Positions 31,921-41,895 of a stretch of DNA of 64,000 bases are shown here, in pieces. This DNA is from an uncultured delta proteobacterium (GTDB lineage Bacteria; Myxococcota_A; Polyangia; Palsa-1104), in NCBI GenBank assembly GCA_963785725.1, contig CAWAWS010000013.1:35199-99198 (forward strand), given 5' to 3'. Position 1 is the first letter of the stretch. Every line of letters begins with the position of its first letter. The position numbers and the translations under genes are program-made. The notes beneath the pieces are model-generated. The model made no database searches. It was given only the letters and a program-made list of their open reading frames with translations, and was not told the origin of the DNA.

Positions 31921-32223
31921 GTGCCGGCGACGTCACTGCGGCCGATGCTCGACGAATACCGGGCGGCGATCGAGCAAGCGCGCGCCGAGCTCGATCGGCT
32001 GCGACCGGTGTTGGCGGCGATCGATGACGTGAGCTCGGCGGCGCGGCTCGAGGAGGTCGATCAGTCGCTGCTGCTGATCGCGTCCAACATGCTCGCGCAC
32101 AGCGGCTGCGATCACGCGATTCGCGCGCGCCTAGCCGAGCTGCGGCGGCGCATGAAGGCCCGTCGACAGCGGGCGAGCGCCTGGCTCATCGGCCGCGTCC
32201 TCGGCGAGCTGCCATGGCTGTAG
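31921..32223 (+). CDS. Hypothetical helical protein
   Basis: ORF abuts the previous stop; coding-like codon bias. Confidence 0.4.
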   Translation: MPATSLRPMLDEYRAAIEQARAELDRLRPVLAAIDDVSSAARLEEVDQSLLLIASNMLAHSGCDHAIRARLAELRRRMKARRQRASAWLIGRVLGELPWL

Positions 32224-32336
32224 CGACCGAAGACGACGCGCCGTAGCGCGACCGAGACGCGCGCCCCGCTATTACGCAACCGCCGACGAGCTCGACGGCG
32301 AAGAGGCTGTGCGAATGACACGGCGACTGCGCGGCA

Positions 32337-32405
32337 TTGACAGGGGCGCGCGGCCGTCGTATTCATGCCGTAATGAAATTGAATATCATTATTAATTTCA
32401 TTACG
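32337..32405 (+). promoter_or_regulatory. Sigma70 promoter followed by an AT-rich Fur-box-like palindrome
   Basis: TTGACA-N17-TATTCA (32337-32365); CGTAATGAAATT-GAATATCATTATT-AATTTCATTACG (32369-32405). Confidence 0.72.
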
Positions 32406-32478
32406 TGAATGCTGCTCGATTGCGACAGCTGCGCCAACCCCAGACCGCGACCGCTACGACGGACGCCACGGAGTCGAC

Positions 32479-32712
32479 ATGTCCTTACTCGCCCTGCCTC
32501 GCGCCTCGTGCGAGCGTGAAGAGCTCGCCGCCGGACCGCATTGCAAGATCGAGCGCTGCCACTGCGGCGTCTTGCACCTGACGCTGGGCGCGATCACCGT
32601 CCGCAGCACGCCCGAGGTCGCGCAGTCGCTGCTGGTGGCGCTGCATCACGCGCTCGTGCGACTGGAGCTGCAGATCGCCAACGGCCGCGTCTCCGGCGGT
32701 GCGTCGTCGTGA
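32479..32712 (+). CDS. Small Cys/His-containing hypothetical protein
   Basis: GGAG RBS; C...HC.IERCHCGVLHLTLG. Confidence 0.6.
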   Translation: MSLLALPRASCEREELAAGPHCKIERCHCGVLHLTLGAITVRSTPEVAQSLLVALHHALVRLELQIANGRVSGGASS

Positions 32713-33113
32713 CCGTGCCGCTCGTGCGGCGCGGCGCCGATCGACCGCCGCCGCCGCACGATCCGACCGAGCGCGTGCTCGTCGGCCACGTCGACGACTG
32801 GGAGGTGCGCGACTTCGCCGCCGATGATCCGCGTTATCGCTACCTCTTGCCGCGCGGCTTCGGCCATCTGCAGCTGTGGCATCCCGAGGCGCGCCTCTCG
32901 ATCCTGACGCCGTCGCGCTTGACGCGCGATCGCTACGAGGCGTTTCCGGTCGTCGGCTGGAAGCGGCGCGAGCACGATTGGGCGGCGCTGGCGGCGATCG
33001 TGCGGGCGCAGACGGGCGTGACGCCGCCGACGCCGCTGTCGATGCGCGCGCTGGCACGTTGGTTCGAGCGGCGCGTGGCCCTCGACGTGAGCGTGCAGCA
33101 GCGCATGCGCTGA
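32709..33113 (+). CDS. Hypothetical protein, translationally coupled to the upstream gene
   Basis: GTGA start/stop overlap; coding-like composition. Confidence 0.55.
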   Translation: MTVPLVRRGADRPPPPHDPTERVLVGHVDDWEVRDFAADDPRYRYLLPRGFGHLQLWHPEARLSILTPSRLTRDRYEAFPVVGWKRREHDWAALAAIVRAQTGVTPPTPLSMRALARWFERRVALDVSVQQRMR

Positions 33114-33151
33114 TCTCGGCCGCCGTCGCGCGACGCGGCCGCGAATTCGCG

Positions 33152-34447
33152 TCAGCGCTCGAAGATCCAGCGCGCCATTTGCCGGAAGCTGGCGGACTTG
33201 CCTTGGCTCAAGAGGCCGATGCGGAAGATGCGTCCGGCGGCCCAGACACAGCCGACCGTGGTCGCCAGCGTCAACAGCGCCGAGAGCACGACCTGCCACA
33301 CCGGCGGCGTCGGATGCAGCCCCACGCGCAAGAGCATGACGATCGGCGCCGACAGCGGGAACATCGACAGGCCCACCGCCAGCGAGCTCGACGGCGACTC
33401 CACCACCGACGCCGACAGCATCAGCGGCACCGTCAGCGGCAACATGATCGGCAGCATCAGATTTTGCGCGTCTTTGACGTCGGTGCAGGCGGAGCCGATG
33501 GCGACGAACGCCGCGCCGTACAACAAGAGCGCCAGCAGCAGGAAACAGACGAACCAACCGATGAGCGACAGCGGAATCGCCGACGCCAGGCCAATGCGCG
33601 CCGCCGCCGACACGGCGCTGATGGCGTAGACCGACACCAGCAACAGCGACACCGCCAACGAGCCGAGCAGCTTGCCGGCCATGAGCTCGAAGGGCGACAC
33701 CGAGCCCAGGAGCACCTCGGAGATTCGCGACATCTTCTCGGTCAATACGGCGTGCATCAGCTGCGGCGTCGACAGGACCACGAAGAAGAAGAGCATGAAC
33801 GCCGGCACCATCGGGATGAAGACGGCGCGCAGGAGGTCCTGCTTGGCCGCCGTCGCCTGCTTGCCGCCGACGCTGCCCTCGTAAAGGCCGAGCGAATCGG
33901 CTTTGACGTGGCGCGACAGCGCGTCGACGAGCGCCGGATCGAGCTTGGCCGCGCGATAATGCTCGGCGCGCTGCGCGTCGTCGACGGTCTTCTCCAGCCA
34001 TTCGCGCAGATCGTCGTAGGCCGGATGGTCCGAGTGATAGCGCAGCGGCTCGCGATCGGGCTCGTTCGGGATCTCGACGAACGCAAAGAGCGCGCCCTTG
34101 CGAATATCGTCCGACAGCTGCAGCCGCAGCTCGGGCAGCGACTCGACCGCGCTCGGCGACGTCGCGAGGCGTGGCAAGAAGCGCGGCGTCGCGGCGCCGG
34201 CGGCATCGAGCGCGGCGTTGCGCGCCTGCGCGGCCAGGGCGATGGCCGGGAAAAAGCGGCCGCCGGGATCGAGGACGACGAGCTCGCGCGGCGCCGGATC
34301 GGCGTGACCGGCGATGCGGCGCTGCAGCAAATTCATGGTCAGCGTCAACAGCGGCACGATGCAGACGCTCACGAGGAACGCCTTCGACCGCATGAGAGCG
34401 CGCACTTCGGCGCCGGCGACCGCGAAGATCTTGTCGACGGAGATCAT
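33152..34447 (-). CDS. ABC-2 transporter permease (NatB/YhaP-like)
   Basis: VLTEKMSRISEVLLGSVSPFELMAGK; TM helices. Confidence 0.88.
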   Translation of the reverse strand: MISVDKIFAVAGAEVRALMRSKAFLVSVCIVPLLTLTMNLLQRRIAGHADPAPRELVVLDPGGRFFPAIALAAQARNAALDAAGAATPRFLPRLATSPSAVESLPELRLQLSDDIRKGALFAFVEIPNEPDREPLRYHSDHPAYDDLREWLEKTVDDAQRAEHYRAAKLDPALVDALSRHVKADSLGLYEGSVGGKQATAAKQDLLRAVFIPMVPAFMLFFFVVLSTPQLMHAVLTEKMSRISEVLLGSVSPFELMAGKLLGSLAVSLLLVSVYAISAVSAAARIGLASAIPLSLIGWFVCFLLLALLLYGAAFVAIGSACTDVKDAQNLMLPIMLPLTVPLMLSASVVESPSSSLAVGLSMFPLSAPIVMLLRVGLHPTPPVWQVVLSALLTLATTVGCVWAAGRIFRIGLLSQGKSASFRQMARWIFER

Positions 34448-35358
34448 GAGCCGGCGACCTCGACCGGCTGCGCGATGCGCACGAAGATGTCGTGCAGCGA
34501 TGGACGCGTAATCTCGAACTGCTGCACGACCGTCTTGGCGGCCAGCGTCTGCAGGAACACCTGCGCGTCGCCGGCAAAGCGCAGCTCCTGCACGTTGCCG
34601 TGGTCGACGATGCGCTCGACGCCGCTGATGCCGTCGAGCACGGCGCGGCCGCCCGACGTGCGCACGCGGATGGTGTCGGCGCCGTAGCGCGCCTGGATCT
34701 CCGCGAGCGTGCCGTCGAGGACCTTCTTGCCGTTGAAGATCATGAACAGGCGGTCGCACAAGCGCTCGGCGGCGATCATGTCGTGCGTCGAGAACACGAT
34801 CGTCGTGCCGCGCTCGCGCAGCGACAAGATCGCGTCCTTGAGCATCTCGGCGTTGACGGGATCGAGCCCGGTGAACGGCTCGTCGAGAATGAGCAGCTCC
34901 GGCTCGCTCACGATCGACGCGATGAACTGGACCTTTTGCGCCATGCCTTTGGACAGCACTTCGATGTTCTCGTCCGCCCACTTCTTGATGTGCAGCCGCT
35001 CGAGCCAATGGTTGATGCGCTGGTCGAGCTTGGCGCGCGGCACGGACTTCAAGCGCCCGTAATAACGCAGCAGGCTGCGCACACTCATCTTCTTGTAGAG
35101 GCCGCGCTCCTCGGGCAGATAGCTCACGCGATCGCGCGCCGAGGCGGTGGTGCGCTCGCCGAGCACGATGATGTCGCCTTCGTCGGGGAACAGGATGTTC
35201 ATCGTCATCCGCAGCGTCGTCGTCTTGCCGCTGCCGTTGGGGCCGATGAAGCCGTAGACGGAGCCGCGCGGCACGGTCAGCGTCAGATCGTTCACCGCCG
35301 CGTGCGTGCCGAACCACTTGGATACGCCACGAATCGCGATCGCGGCCTCGTTGCCCAT
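34444..35358 (-). CDS. ABC transporter ATP-binding protein (NatA/YhaQ-like)
   Basis: GPNGSGKTT, YLPEERGLY, LSKGMAQK, ILDEPFTGLDP, FSTH. Confidence 0.93.
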   Translation of the reverse strand: MGNEAAIAIRGVSKWFGTHAAVNDLTLTVPRGSVYGFIGPNGSGKTTTLRMTMNILFPDEGDIIVLGERTTASARDRVSYLPEERGLYKKMSVRSLLRYYGRLKSVPRAKLDQRINHWLERLHIKKWADENIEVLSKGMAQKVQFIASIVSEPELLILDEPFTGLDPVNAEMLKDAILSLRERGTTIVFSTHDMIAAERLCDRLFMIFNGKKVLDGTLAEIQARYGADTIRVRTSGGRAVLDGISGVERIVDHGNVQELRFAGDAQVFLQTLAAKTVVQQFEITRPSLHDIFVRIAQPVEVAGS

Positions 35359-35472
35359 GGATGCTGTCGCGCCTCCCGGCTGATACAGTAGACCAATGCC
35401 CGCAGCGCGGCGACTCGGCGCACGCTTTGACCGCTTGCCGAGCGGCAGGCGTGTGCGCAAGATGAGCGAGCC

Positions 35473-36123
35473 ATGAAGACGCAGATCCTGCTCGCCGACG
35501 ATCATCGCGTCGTGCTCGACGGCTTGCGCGCGCTCTTGGCCTGCGAGGAGGACCTCGAGGTCGTCGGCGAAGCGACCGATGGGCTGCAGGTGCTGCCGCA
35601 GGTGCTCCAGCTCAAGCCCGCGGTTCTCGTCGTGGATCTGATGATGCCGGGGCTCAACGGCTTGGAGGTCGTGCGTCAGGTGCGGCAGCGCGCGCCCGAG
35701 ACGCGCGTCATCGTGCTGTCGATGCACGCCAATGACGCGTATGTCGTCGAGGCCTTGCGCAACGGCGCCGCCGGCTATGTCCTCAAGCAGGCCGAGGCGC
35801 GCGCGCTCGTCGACGCCATTCGCGCCGTGCGCAGCGGCGGGCGCTACTTGTCGCCGCCCTTGACCGAGGACAAGCTCGAGCGCTGGCAGCGCGAAGCCCA
35901 GGCGGCGCCGCTCGATCTGTATGACACGCTGTCGACGCGCGAGCGCGAGGTCTTGCAGCTGGCGGCGGAGGGGCTGACGTCGGCGGCGATCGGCGAGCGG
36001 CTGCAGATCGGCAAACGCACGGTCGAGACCCATCGCGCCAACCTGCAGCGCAAGCTGGGGCTGAGGTCGCAGGCCGAGCTCGTCCGCCTGGCGGTCAAGA
36101 AGGGGCTCGTCAGCGTCGAGTGA
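35473..36123 (+). CDS. NarL/LuxR-family response regulator
   Basis: LLADDH, DLMMPGLNG, LSTREREVLQL..EG, TVETHRANL. Confidence 0.95.
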   Translation: MKTQILLADDHRVVLDGLRALLACEEDLEVVGEATDGLQVLPQVLQLKPAVLVVDLMMPGLNGLEVVRQVRQRAPETRVIVLSMHANDAYVVEALRNGAAGYVLKQAEARALVDAIRAVRSGGRYLSPPLTEDKLERWQREAQAAPLDLYDTLSTREREVLQLAAEGLTSAAIGERLQIGKRTVETHRANLQRKLGLRSQAELVRLAVKKGLVSVE

Positions 36124-36267
36124 ACGGCGCGGCGCGGCGGCCCGGGCTCGCGTCGCACTTTCGCGTGCCAATCCGCCGCTCGCTCGCAGCCGCCGCAAGC
36201 CCAACCGCACTTCCGCCAGCCCACCCTCCGCCACCGAAATCCGCCGCTCGACCGCATCGTCACCGAC

Positions 36268-36952
36268 ATGTCGCACTGGGAGCGCCCGCCCCAAATTGGG
36301 GCCCACGTGGGACAGCTGGCTCCAGCCGTCGCCGCGCGTCACCGTCGACGCGCCCTCCGCCGCAAGCGTGGCGCGCTTGTTGCTCGAATCGCCAGCGATG
36401 CGTACCCCCACGCCTGCGCCGGTCGCCGATCCCTGGGCTCCTTCCGACGTCGACAGCGGCTGGCGGGACCTCGTCGTCTCGTCCTCGCCGCCGCCGCCGC
36501 CGCGCGAAGCGTTCCAGCCGATGCGCTCGCCGATCAACTCGACGGTGCTGCGCGATCTGCACACGTGGCAAGAGCACGGCACCGGTCGCGCGACCGCCGC
36601 TGCCGTGCCGACCGAGGAGCCCAACTTCAACGCCAGCGATCGCCGCCTGTGGCGTGCCGCCGGCGCGCTGATGGCGCTGGCGACGCTCGTGCTGGCCGCG
36701 CTGGGCCTCCTGACCTTCGGCGGCGCCAAGTCGATCGAAGACGCGCTGATCTCGGCCACGTCGGCCAGCGCTCCGGCCGCCGCCACGCACGCGACCGAAG
36801 CCCCGCCACCGGCCGCCGCGACCACGACCGCCGCGCATGTCGTCGCGCCCGCGGCCGCCGCGACGACCGTCGCGGTCGCTTACGGCCCGGTCAACGCGCC
36901 GCACGCCAAGCACAAGCACGCCAAGCATCACAAGCCGATCGCCTCGCGCTGA
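36268..36952 (+). CDS. Hypothetical single-TM protein; probable +1 indel near 36290
   Basis: ATG 36268 (MSHWERPP) joins the frame of ORF 36296-36952 if one base of CCCCAAA is removed; TM segment then Ala/Thr- and His/Lys-rich tail. Confidence 0.5.
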
Positions 36953-37023
36953 CCTTCGCTTGCGCGTCGCCGCGCTCACGCGCCCGCGCTTTGACGAAGA
37001 GCAAGCGGCCCTATGCTTTCCGC

Positions 37024-37530
37024 ATGAGCGACAGTGAACAGGGCAACAAGCGGGAGCTCTTCGACCTCTTGCAAGACTTCGACACGGCGATGCTCGTCAC
37101 CGTCGAGGCGGACGGCCGTCTGCGCGCGCGTCCGATGAGCCTGCAGAAGCCGGGCGAAATTCCCGGCTGCGACCTATGGCTCGCCAGCGCCGACGACAGC
37201 GGCAAGACGCATGAGATCGAGCACGACCGCCAGGTCAACTTGTCGTGCCTGCGCAGCCGCGACGGCGCCTACATCACCATCAGCGCCCGCGCCCGCGTCG
37301 AGCGCAACCCCGACGTGATCGAGAGCGTGTGGAAGCCCGACTGGAAATTATGGTTCGGCGACGCCCATCCCGACGACGGCGAGATCGTCCTGCTCAAGCT
37401 CGACATCGAGCGCGCCGAATATTGGAAGCCCGAAGGCGGTCGCCTGCGCGTGCTGTATTCGATCGTCAAGGGCTTGGTGACGGACGAGCCGGCCGAAGCG
37501 TCGCTCAATCCGCCGAAACGAATCGGCTGA
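37024..37530 (+). CDS. Pyridoxamine 5'-phosphate oxidase-like general stress protein
   Basis: DFDTAMLVT...LRARPM...SGK..EI, YITIS, W...WKLWF, AEYW. Confidence 0.85.
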   Translation: MSDSEQGNKRELFDLLQDFDTAMLVTVEADGRLRARPMSLQKPGEIPGCDLWLASADDSGKTHEIEHDRQVNLSCLRSRDGAYITISARARVERNPDVIESVWKPDWKLWFGDAHPDDGEIVLLKLDIERAEYWKPEGGRLRVLYSIVKGLVTDEPAEASLNPPKRIG

Positions 37531-37540
37531 CCGCACGGGC

Positions 37541-37578
37541 AAAAAAAGCGCCTGGATGAGCGGGTCATCCAAGCGCTT
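37541..37578 (-). terminator. Intrinsic terminator for the sigma factor gene (possibly bidirectional)
   Basis: Stem AAGCGC(C/T)TGGATGA / TCATCCA(A/G)GCGCTT followed by T7 on the minus strand. Confidence 0.8.
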
Positions 37579-37600
37579 ATGAGACTAGGCGTTCGCGCGA

Positions 37601-38686
37601 CTAGGCGGCGTGGGCCTGCACGGCGTCGCCGAGCGACGACGCGAGGTGCACCTTCAGCCGCGCCATGAGGCGCATTTCCAGCTGGCGCGTGCGCTCGCGG
37701 CTGATGCCGAAGTCGTCGCCCAGCTCCTGCAGCGTGCGCGGCTGGTCGGTCATGAGGCGCTGGTCGAACAGCTGCCGATCGCGACCCTTCAACCGCCCGC
37801 CGAACGTCACCAGCGTCTCGTGCAGCCGCTGGCGGAACTCGCCCGCTTCCGCCGCGTCATCCGGGCGCGGCAGGCCCGACTCGATGACGTCGAGCCGCGA
37901 GCGACCGTTGTCCTCGCGGTCGATCGGCGCGTCGAGCGACGCGTCCGGCGAGCCGAGGCGCTGCTCCATCTCGGCCACTTCGCCTTCCGGCAGCTGCATC
38001 GCCTTGGCGACGTTGGCCGCGTTCGGCACGAAGCCCTGACGCTCCAGCTTGGCCTTCTCCTTACGCAAGTTGAAGAACAGCTTGCGCTGCGTCGCCGTCG
38101 TCCCGAGCCGCACCATGCGCGCGTTCTGCAACAGCCAGCGCAGCATGTAGGCGCGGATCCACCAGGCCGCGTAGCTCGACAGCTTGACGCCGCGGTTCGG
38201 ATCGTACTTGTCGATCGCCGTCACCAAGCCGACGTTGCCCTCCTGAATCAGATCGAGGAGGTTCTTGTGCGCGCCCGAGTATTCGTGGGCGAGCTTGACC
38301 ACCAGCTTCAAGTTCGCGGTCACGAGACGCCGCGCGATCTCCGCGTCGTGATGCTCGAGGTAGGCGACCGCCAGCTCGTGCTCCTGCTCGCGGTCCAGCC
38401 GCTCGACATCCTTGAGCGACGCCATGTAGGCAGCGTACGGATCCTTCGCCGCCGCCACTGCACGCACCGGTTTGATCGGCAGGATGTCGGCGCTCGTCTC
38501 CGCGTCGGCTTCCGCCGGCAGCGTCACGTCGTCGTCCTCCGACCAATCGGCATCGAGCGCGGGCGTGTCCTCGACGGCGTCGGGCGCGTCGTCCAAAACG
38601 ACTGCCGGCGTCGCCTTGCGGCGGCCATCCGCCGCCTGCCCGCGACCATCCATCAAGTAGCCCGTCATCATGCGCATCGATCCCAC
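37601..38686 (-). CDS. RpoH/sigma32-like sigma factor (myxobacterial SigB/C/E type); start uncertain
   Basis: NLKLVVK, DLIQEGNVGL, SSYAAWWIRA, RpoH box TQRKLFFNLR, TLQELG..FGISRERTRQLE. Confidence 0.9.
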   Translation of the reverse strand: MGSMRMMTGYLMDGRGQAADGRRKATPAVVLDDAPDAVEDTPALDADWSEDDDVTLPAEADAETSADILPIKPVRAVAAAKDPYAAYMASLKDVERLDREQEHELAVAYLEHHDAEIARRLVTANLKLVVKLAHEYSGAHKNLLDLIQEGNVGLVTAIDKYDPNRGVKLSSYAAWWIRAYMLRWLLQNARMVRLGTTATQRKLFFNLRKEKAKLERQGFVPNAANVAKAMQLPEGEVAEMEQRLGSPDASLDAPIDREDNGRSRLDVIESGLPRPDDAAEAGEFRQRLHETLVTFGGRLKGRDRQLFDQRLMTDQPRTLQELGDDFGISRERTRQLEMRLMARLKVHLASSLGDAVQAHAA

Positions 38687-38860
38687 CTTTCTGGTTGCTG
38701 CCGTCGTTGGATGCCGTCTCCCTGCCTAATCGTTACTTCGCCTCCTGCAACTTACGTCCCCGAGCCACTTCCAACGGTTCGGCGCTTTGGGACTCGTCAA
38801 CGTAACCACTCCAGTTACAAACGCCAGCCCCACGCGTTGCCCGACGTAAGTCGTTGCGGC

Positions 38861-39562
38861 TCATGGCTGTAGGTCGAACAGCAGGAGCTCGGCGTTCAGC
38901 TGCCCGGCCAAAGTGACCGACGCTTCGTCGATCAGCGAGGCGCCGTCGCCCGCCGCCAGCGCCTGCCCACCGACCAGCGCCTCGCCCCGCGCCACGTGCA
39001 CCCAACCTTTGCGGCCGGGGGCGAAGGTGTGGATCACCTCGGCCCCATTGTCGAGGATAGATGCGTAGACGCGCGCGTCCTGCCGAATCGTCAGCGCGCC
39101 CGCCGCGCCGTCGGGCGCGGCGATGACGCGCAGCTGCCCGCGCTTGTCGGCCGGCGCGAAGTGCCGCCCTTCGTAACCGGCGGGCGCTCCCTTGCACGCC
39201 GCCTTCAGCCAAATCTCCAACAAGTGAACCGGCTCGGTGCGCGACGCGTTGTGCTCCGAGCACGTCGCGCCGGCGCCGGCGCTCATCCGCTGAACGTCGC
39301 CGTAGCGGATGACGCCGCCGCCGCCGCACGTGTCCTTGTATTCGAGCGCGCCCTCGAGGACGTAGGTCAACATCTCGATATCGCGGTGCGAATGCGTGGG
39401 GAAGCCTTCGCCGGCCGCGACCCGATTTTCGTTGAGCACCCGCAAATCGGAAAACCCCATACTTTGCGGATCGAAATAATGACCAAAAGAAAACGTGTGA
39501 AACGAGTCGAGCCAGCCGAATCGGCCGTGTCCGCGCTCGCAGCCGCGTTTGATCGTCATCAT
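38861..39562 (-). CDS. Pirin-family protein (YhhW-like)
   Basis: GWLDSFHTFSF, LRVLNE, GFPTHSHRD.E, QRMSAG, EHNAS. Confidence 0.9.
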   Translation of the reverse strand: MMTIKRGCERGHGRFGWLDSFHTFSFGHYFDPQSMGFSDLRVLNENRVAAGEGFPTHSHRDIEMLTYVLEGALEYKDTCGGGGVIRYGDVQRMSAGAGATCSEHNASRTEPVHLLEIWLKAACKGAPAGYEGRHFAPADKRGQLRVIAAPDGAAGALTIRQDARVYASILDNGAEVIHTFAPGRKGWVHVARGEALVGGQALAAGDGASLIDEASVTLAGQLNAELLLFDLQP

Positions 39563-39593
39563 GGTCGCCCTCGTTGGTTCGGACGAGACGCGA

Positions 39594-40130
39594 TTAGGCC
39601 GCTTTCACCGCCGCCTTGATCGCCTCGACGTCGCACTCGATCTCGACCTTGTCACCGACGACGACGCCGCCGGTCTCGAGCGCCTGATTCCAGTGCAGGC
39701 CGAACTCCTTGCGCGAGATCGACGTCTTGACCGTGAAGCCGGCGCGCTCGTTGCCCCACGGATCTTTGCCCTGGCCGTGGCTCTCGACGTTCAGCGACAC
39801 CGCCTTGGTCACGCCGTGAATCGTCAGGTCGCCGTTGAGCTTGAAATCCTCGCCGTCCTTGCCGATCGACGTGCTCTTGAACGTGATGGTGGGAAACTTC
39901 TCGGCGTCGAAGAAGTCGGCGGACTTCAGGTGACCGTCACGCTGCGGCTCTTTGGTGTCGATGGAGCCGACGTCGATGGTGACCGCGATCTGGCTCTTGG
40001 TCGGATCCTTGTCGTCGTATTCGAACGTGCCGGTCCATTTGGTGAACGAGCCGCGCACCTTGCTGATCATCAAGTGGCGGACCGCGAAGTGAATGCCCGA
40101 GTGGGTGGGGTCGAACGTCCAGTTGGCCAT
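39594..40130 (-). CDS. YceI-family polyisoprenoid-binding protein
   Basis: WTFDPTHS..FAVRHLMIS.VRG.F, RDGHLKSADFFD, GDLTIHGVT, DPWG; AGGAGG RBS. Confidence 0.93.
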   Translation of the reverse strand: MANWTFDPTHSGIHFAVRHLMISKVRGSFTKWTGTFEYDDKDPTKSQIAVTIDVGSIDTKEPQRDGHLKSADFFDAEKFPTITFKSTSIGKDGEDFKLNGDLTIHGVTKAVSLNVESHGQGKDPWGNERAGFTVKTSISRKEFGLHWNQALETGGVVVGDKVEIECDVEAIKAAVKAA

Positions 40131-40156
40131 GGTCGATACCTCCTGCCCGCTACCAA

Positions 40157-40229
40157 AGCATCGACCACGCCAAGTCATAAGTATTTGATTTTAAACAGCC
40201 ACCTTGCCGCATGTGTATCAAAATGATAT
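40157..40229 (-). promoter_or_regulatory. Sigma54 promoter + IHF site + palindromic UAS for yceI-pirin
   Basis: TTGGCGTG-GTCG-ATGCT (GG-N10-GC) 40173-40157; AATCAA-ATAC-TTA 40190-40178; TATCA-AAA-TGATA near 40216-40228. Confidence 0.7.
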
Positions 40230-40251
40230 AGTCAGGTCTCAAGGTGATGAC

Positions 40252-41877
40252 GTGAAAATAGACGACTTGGATCTCCGCGAGCTGCTCGACTTCGAACCGA
40301 AGGGCGGTGTCCTGCGCTTCTCGGGCGAGCGCACGATCTTGCTCGACGCGGTGGCGCTCGGCATCCTGCGCCGCGAGCTCATCGACACGGTCGGCATCAC
40401 CGGCGCGCGCAGCGTGCTGACGCGCTTTGGCTACGCGCACGGCTGGCGCACGGCGGCGGCGATGCGCGAGCAATTTCCGTGGAGCAACGAGCGCGAGTGG
40501 CGCATCGCCGGCGGTCGGCTGCACACGCTGCAAGGGCTCGTGCGCGTCGAGCCGGTGACGCGCGCGCCGGGCGAGCCGCAGCCGTTCGCCGAGGCCATCT
40601 GGCACGACTCGTACGAGGCCGAGCAGCACCTGTTGCACTTCGGACGCTCGGAAGATCCGGTGTGCTGGAGCCTCATCGGCTTCGCCAGCGGCTATTTGTC
40701 GTTCTGCAACGGCAAGGAGATCGTGTGCATCGAGTCGCGCTGTGTCGGTCGCGGCGACGCCACCTGCCACATGATCGGCAAGCCGCGCGAGGAATGGGCG
40801 CCCGCGGAAGTCGAGGAGCACCTGAGCTACTTCCGCAAGTCGTGCCTGAATGAAGGGCTCGTCAAAGTGACCGATCAGCTGAAGCAGACGGAGCAGAAGC
40901 TGCGCGTCAAGAAGCAGCAGCTGTCGCGCCACGCCGACGTCGACGAGCCGGCCGGAATGGTCATGCGCTCGGAGGCGATGCAGAAGGTCGTCGAGCTCGG
41001 GCGGCGCGTGGCGCGCGTCGATTCGACGGTGCTGATTTCGGGCGAGAGCGGCGTCGGCAAAGAGCGGGTGGCGCGGCTGATTCACGAGGAGTCGTCGCGG
41101 GCGGCGCGGCCGTTCGTGGCCATCAACTGCGCGGCGGTGACGGAGACGCTGCTCGAGTCGGAGCTGTTCGGGCACGCCAAAGGCGCGTTTACGGGCGCGA
41201 CGACCGATCGCGGCGGCCTCTTCGAGTCGGCGCAAGGCGGCACGCTCCTGCTCGACGAAGTGGGCGAGGTGCCGGCGGCGATGCAGGCGAAGCTGCTGCG
41301 CGTGTTGCAGGAGCGCGAGGTGCGGCGCGTCGGCGAGAACAAGAGCCGGCCGGTCGACGTGCGCGTGTTGGCGGCGACCAATCGCGATCTGCTGGCCGAG
41401 GTCGACGCCGGCCGTTTCCGTAAGGATCTGTATTATCGCCTGCGCGTCGTCGAGCTGCGGATTCCGCCGTTGCGCGAGCGGCGTGAGGACATCTTGCCGC
41501 TGGCGCGCGCGTTTTTAGCGGACTCGGCGGAGCGCATGAAGCGCAAGATGGTCGGGCTGTCGCCGCGCGCCGCCGATCAGCTGGTGCGCTACGACTGGCC
41601 GGGCAACGTGCGCGAGCTGCAGAACGCGATGGAGCGCGCGGTGGCGCTGGCGACCGAGTCGCAGCTGGGCCCGGACGATCTGCCGGAAGAGGTGCGCGCG
41701 GCGCTGGCGACGGTCTACGCGCCGGGCGCGGTGCGCACGCTGGAAGAGGTCGAGCACGAATACATCCGCGCGGCGCTGCGGGCGAACGGCGGAAATCGTA
41801 CGAAAACCGCGGCGCAGCTGAAGATCGGCATCGCGACGCTGCACCGCAAGATCAAAGAGTTCGATCTGCGCGCGTGA
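40252..41877 (+). CDS. Sigma54 enhancer-binding protein with XylR-N/V4R sensor domain
   Basis: [53 protein letters not shown], Fis-type HTH. Confidence 0.93.
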   Translation: MKIDDLDLRELLDFEPKGGVLRFSGERTILLDAVALGILRRELIDTVGITGARSVLTRFGYAHGWRTAAAMREQFPWSNEREWRIAGGRLHTLQGLVRVEPVTRAPGEPQPFAEAIWHDSYEAEQHLLHFGRSEDPVCWSLIGFASGYLSFCNGKEIVCIESRCVGRGDATCHMIGKPREEWAPAEVEEHLSYFRKSCLNEGLVKVTDQLKQTEQKLRVKKQQLSRHADVDEPAGMVMRSEAMQKVVELGRRVARVDSTVLISGESGVGKERVARLIHEESSRAARPFVAINCAAVTETLLESELFGHAKGAFTGATTDRGGLFESAQGGTLLLDEVGEVPAAMQAKLLRVLQEREVRRVGENKSRPVDVRVLAATNRDLLAEVDAGRFRKDLYYRLRVVELRIPPLRERREDILPLARAFLADSAERMKRKMVGLSPRAADQLVRYDWPGNVRELQNAMERAVALATESQLGPDDLPEEVRAALATVYAPGAVRTLEEVEHEYIRAALRANGGNRTKTAAQLKIGIATLHRKIKEFDLRA

Positions 41878-41895
41878 GGCGCGAGGCTAGAACGG

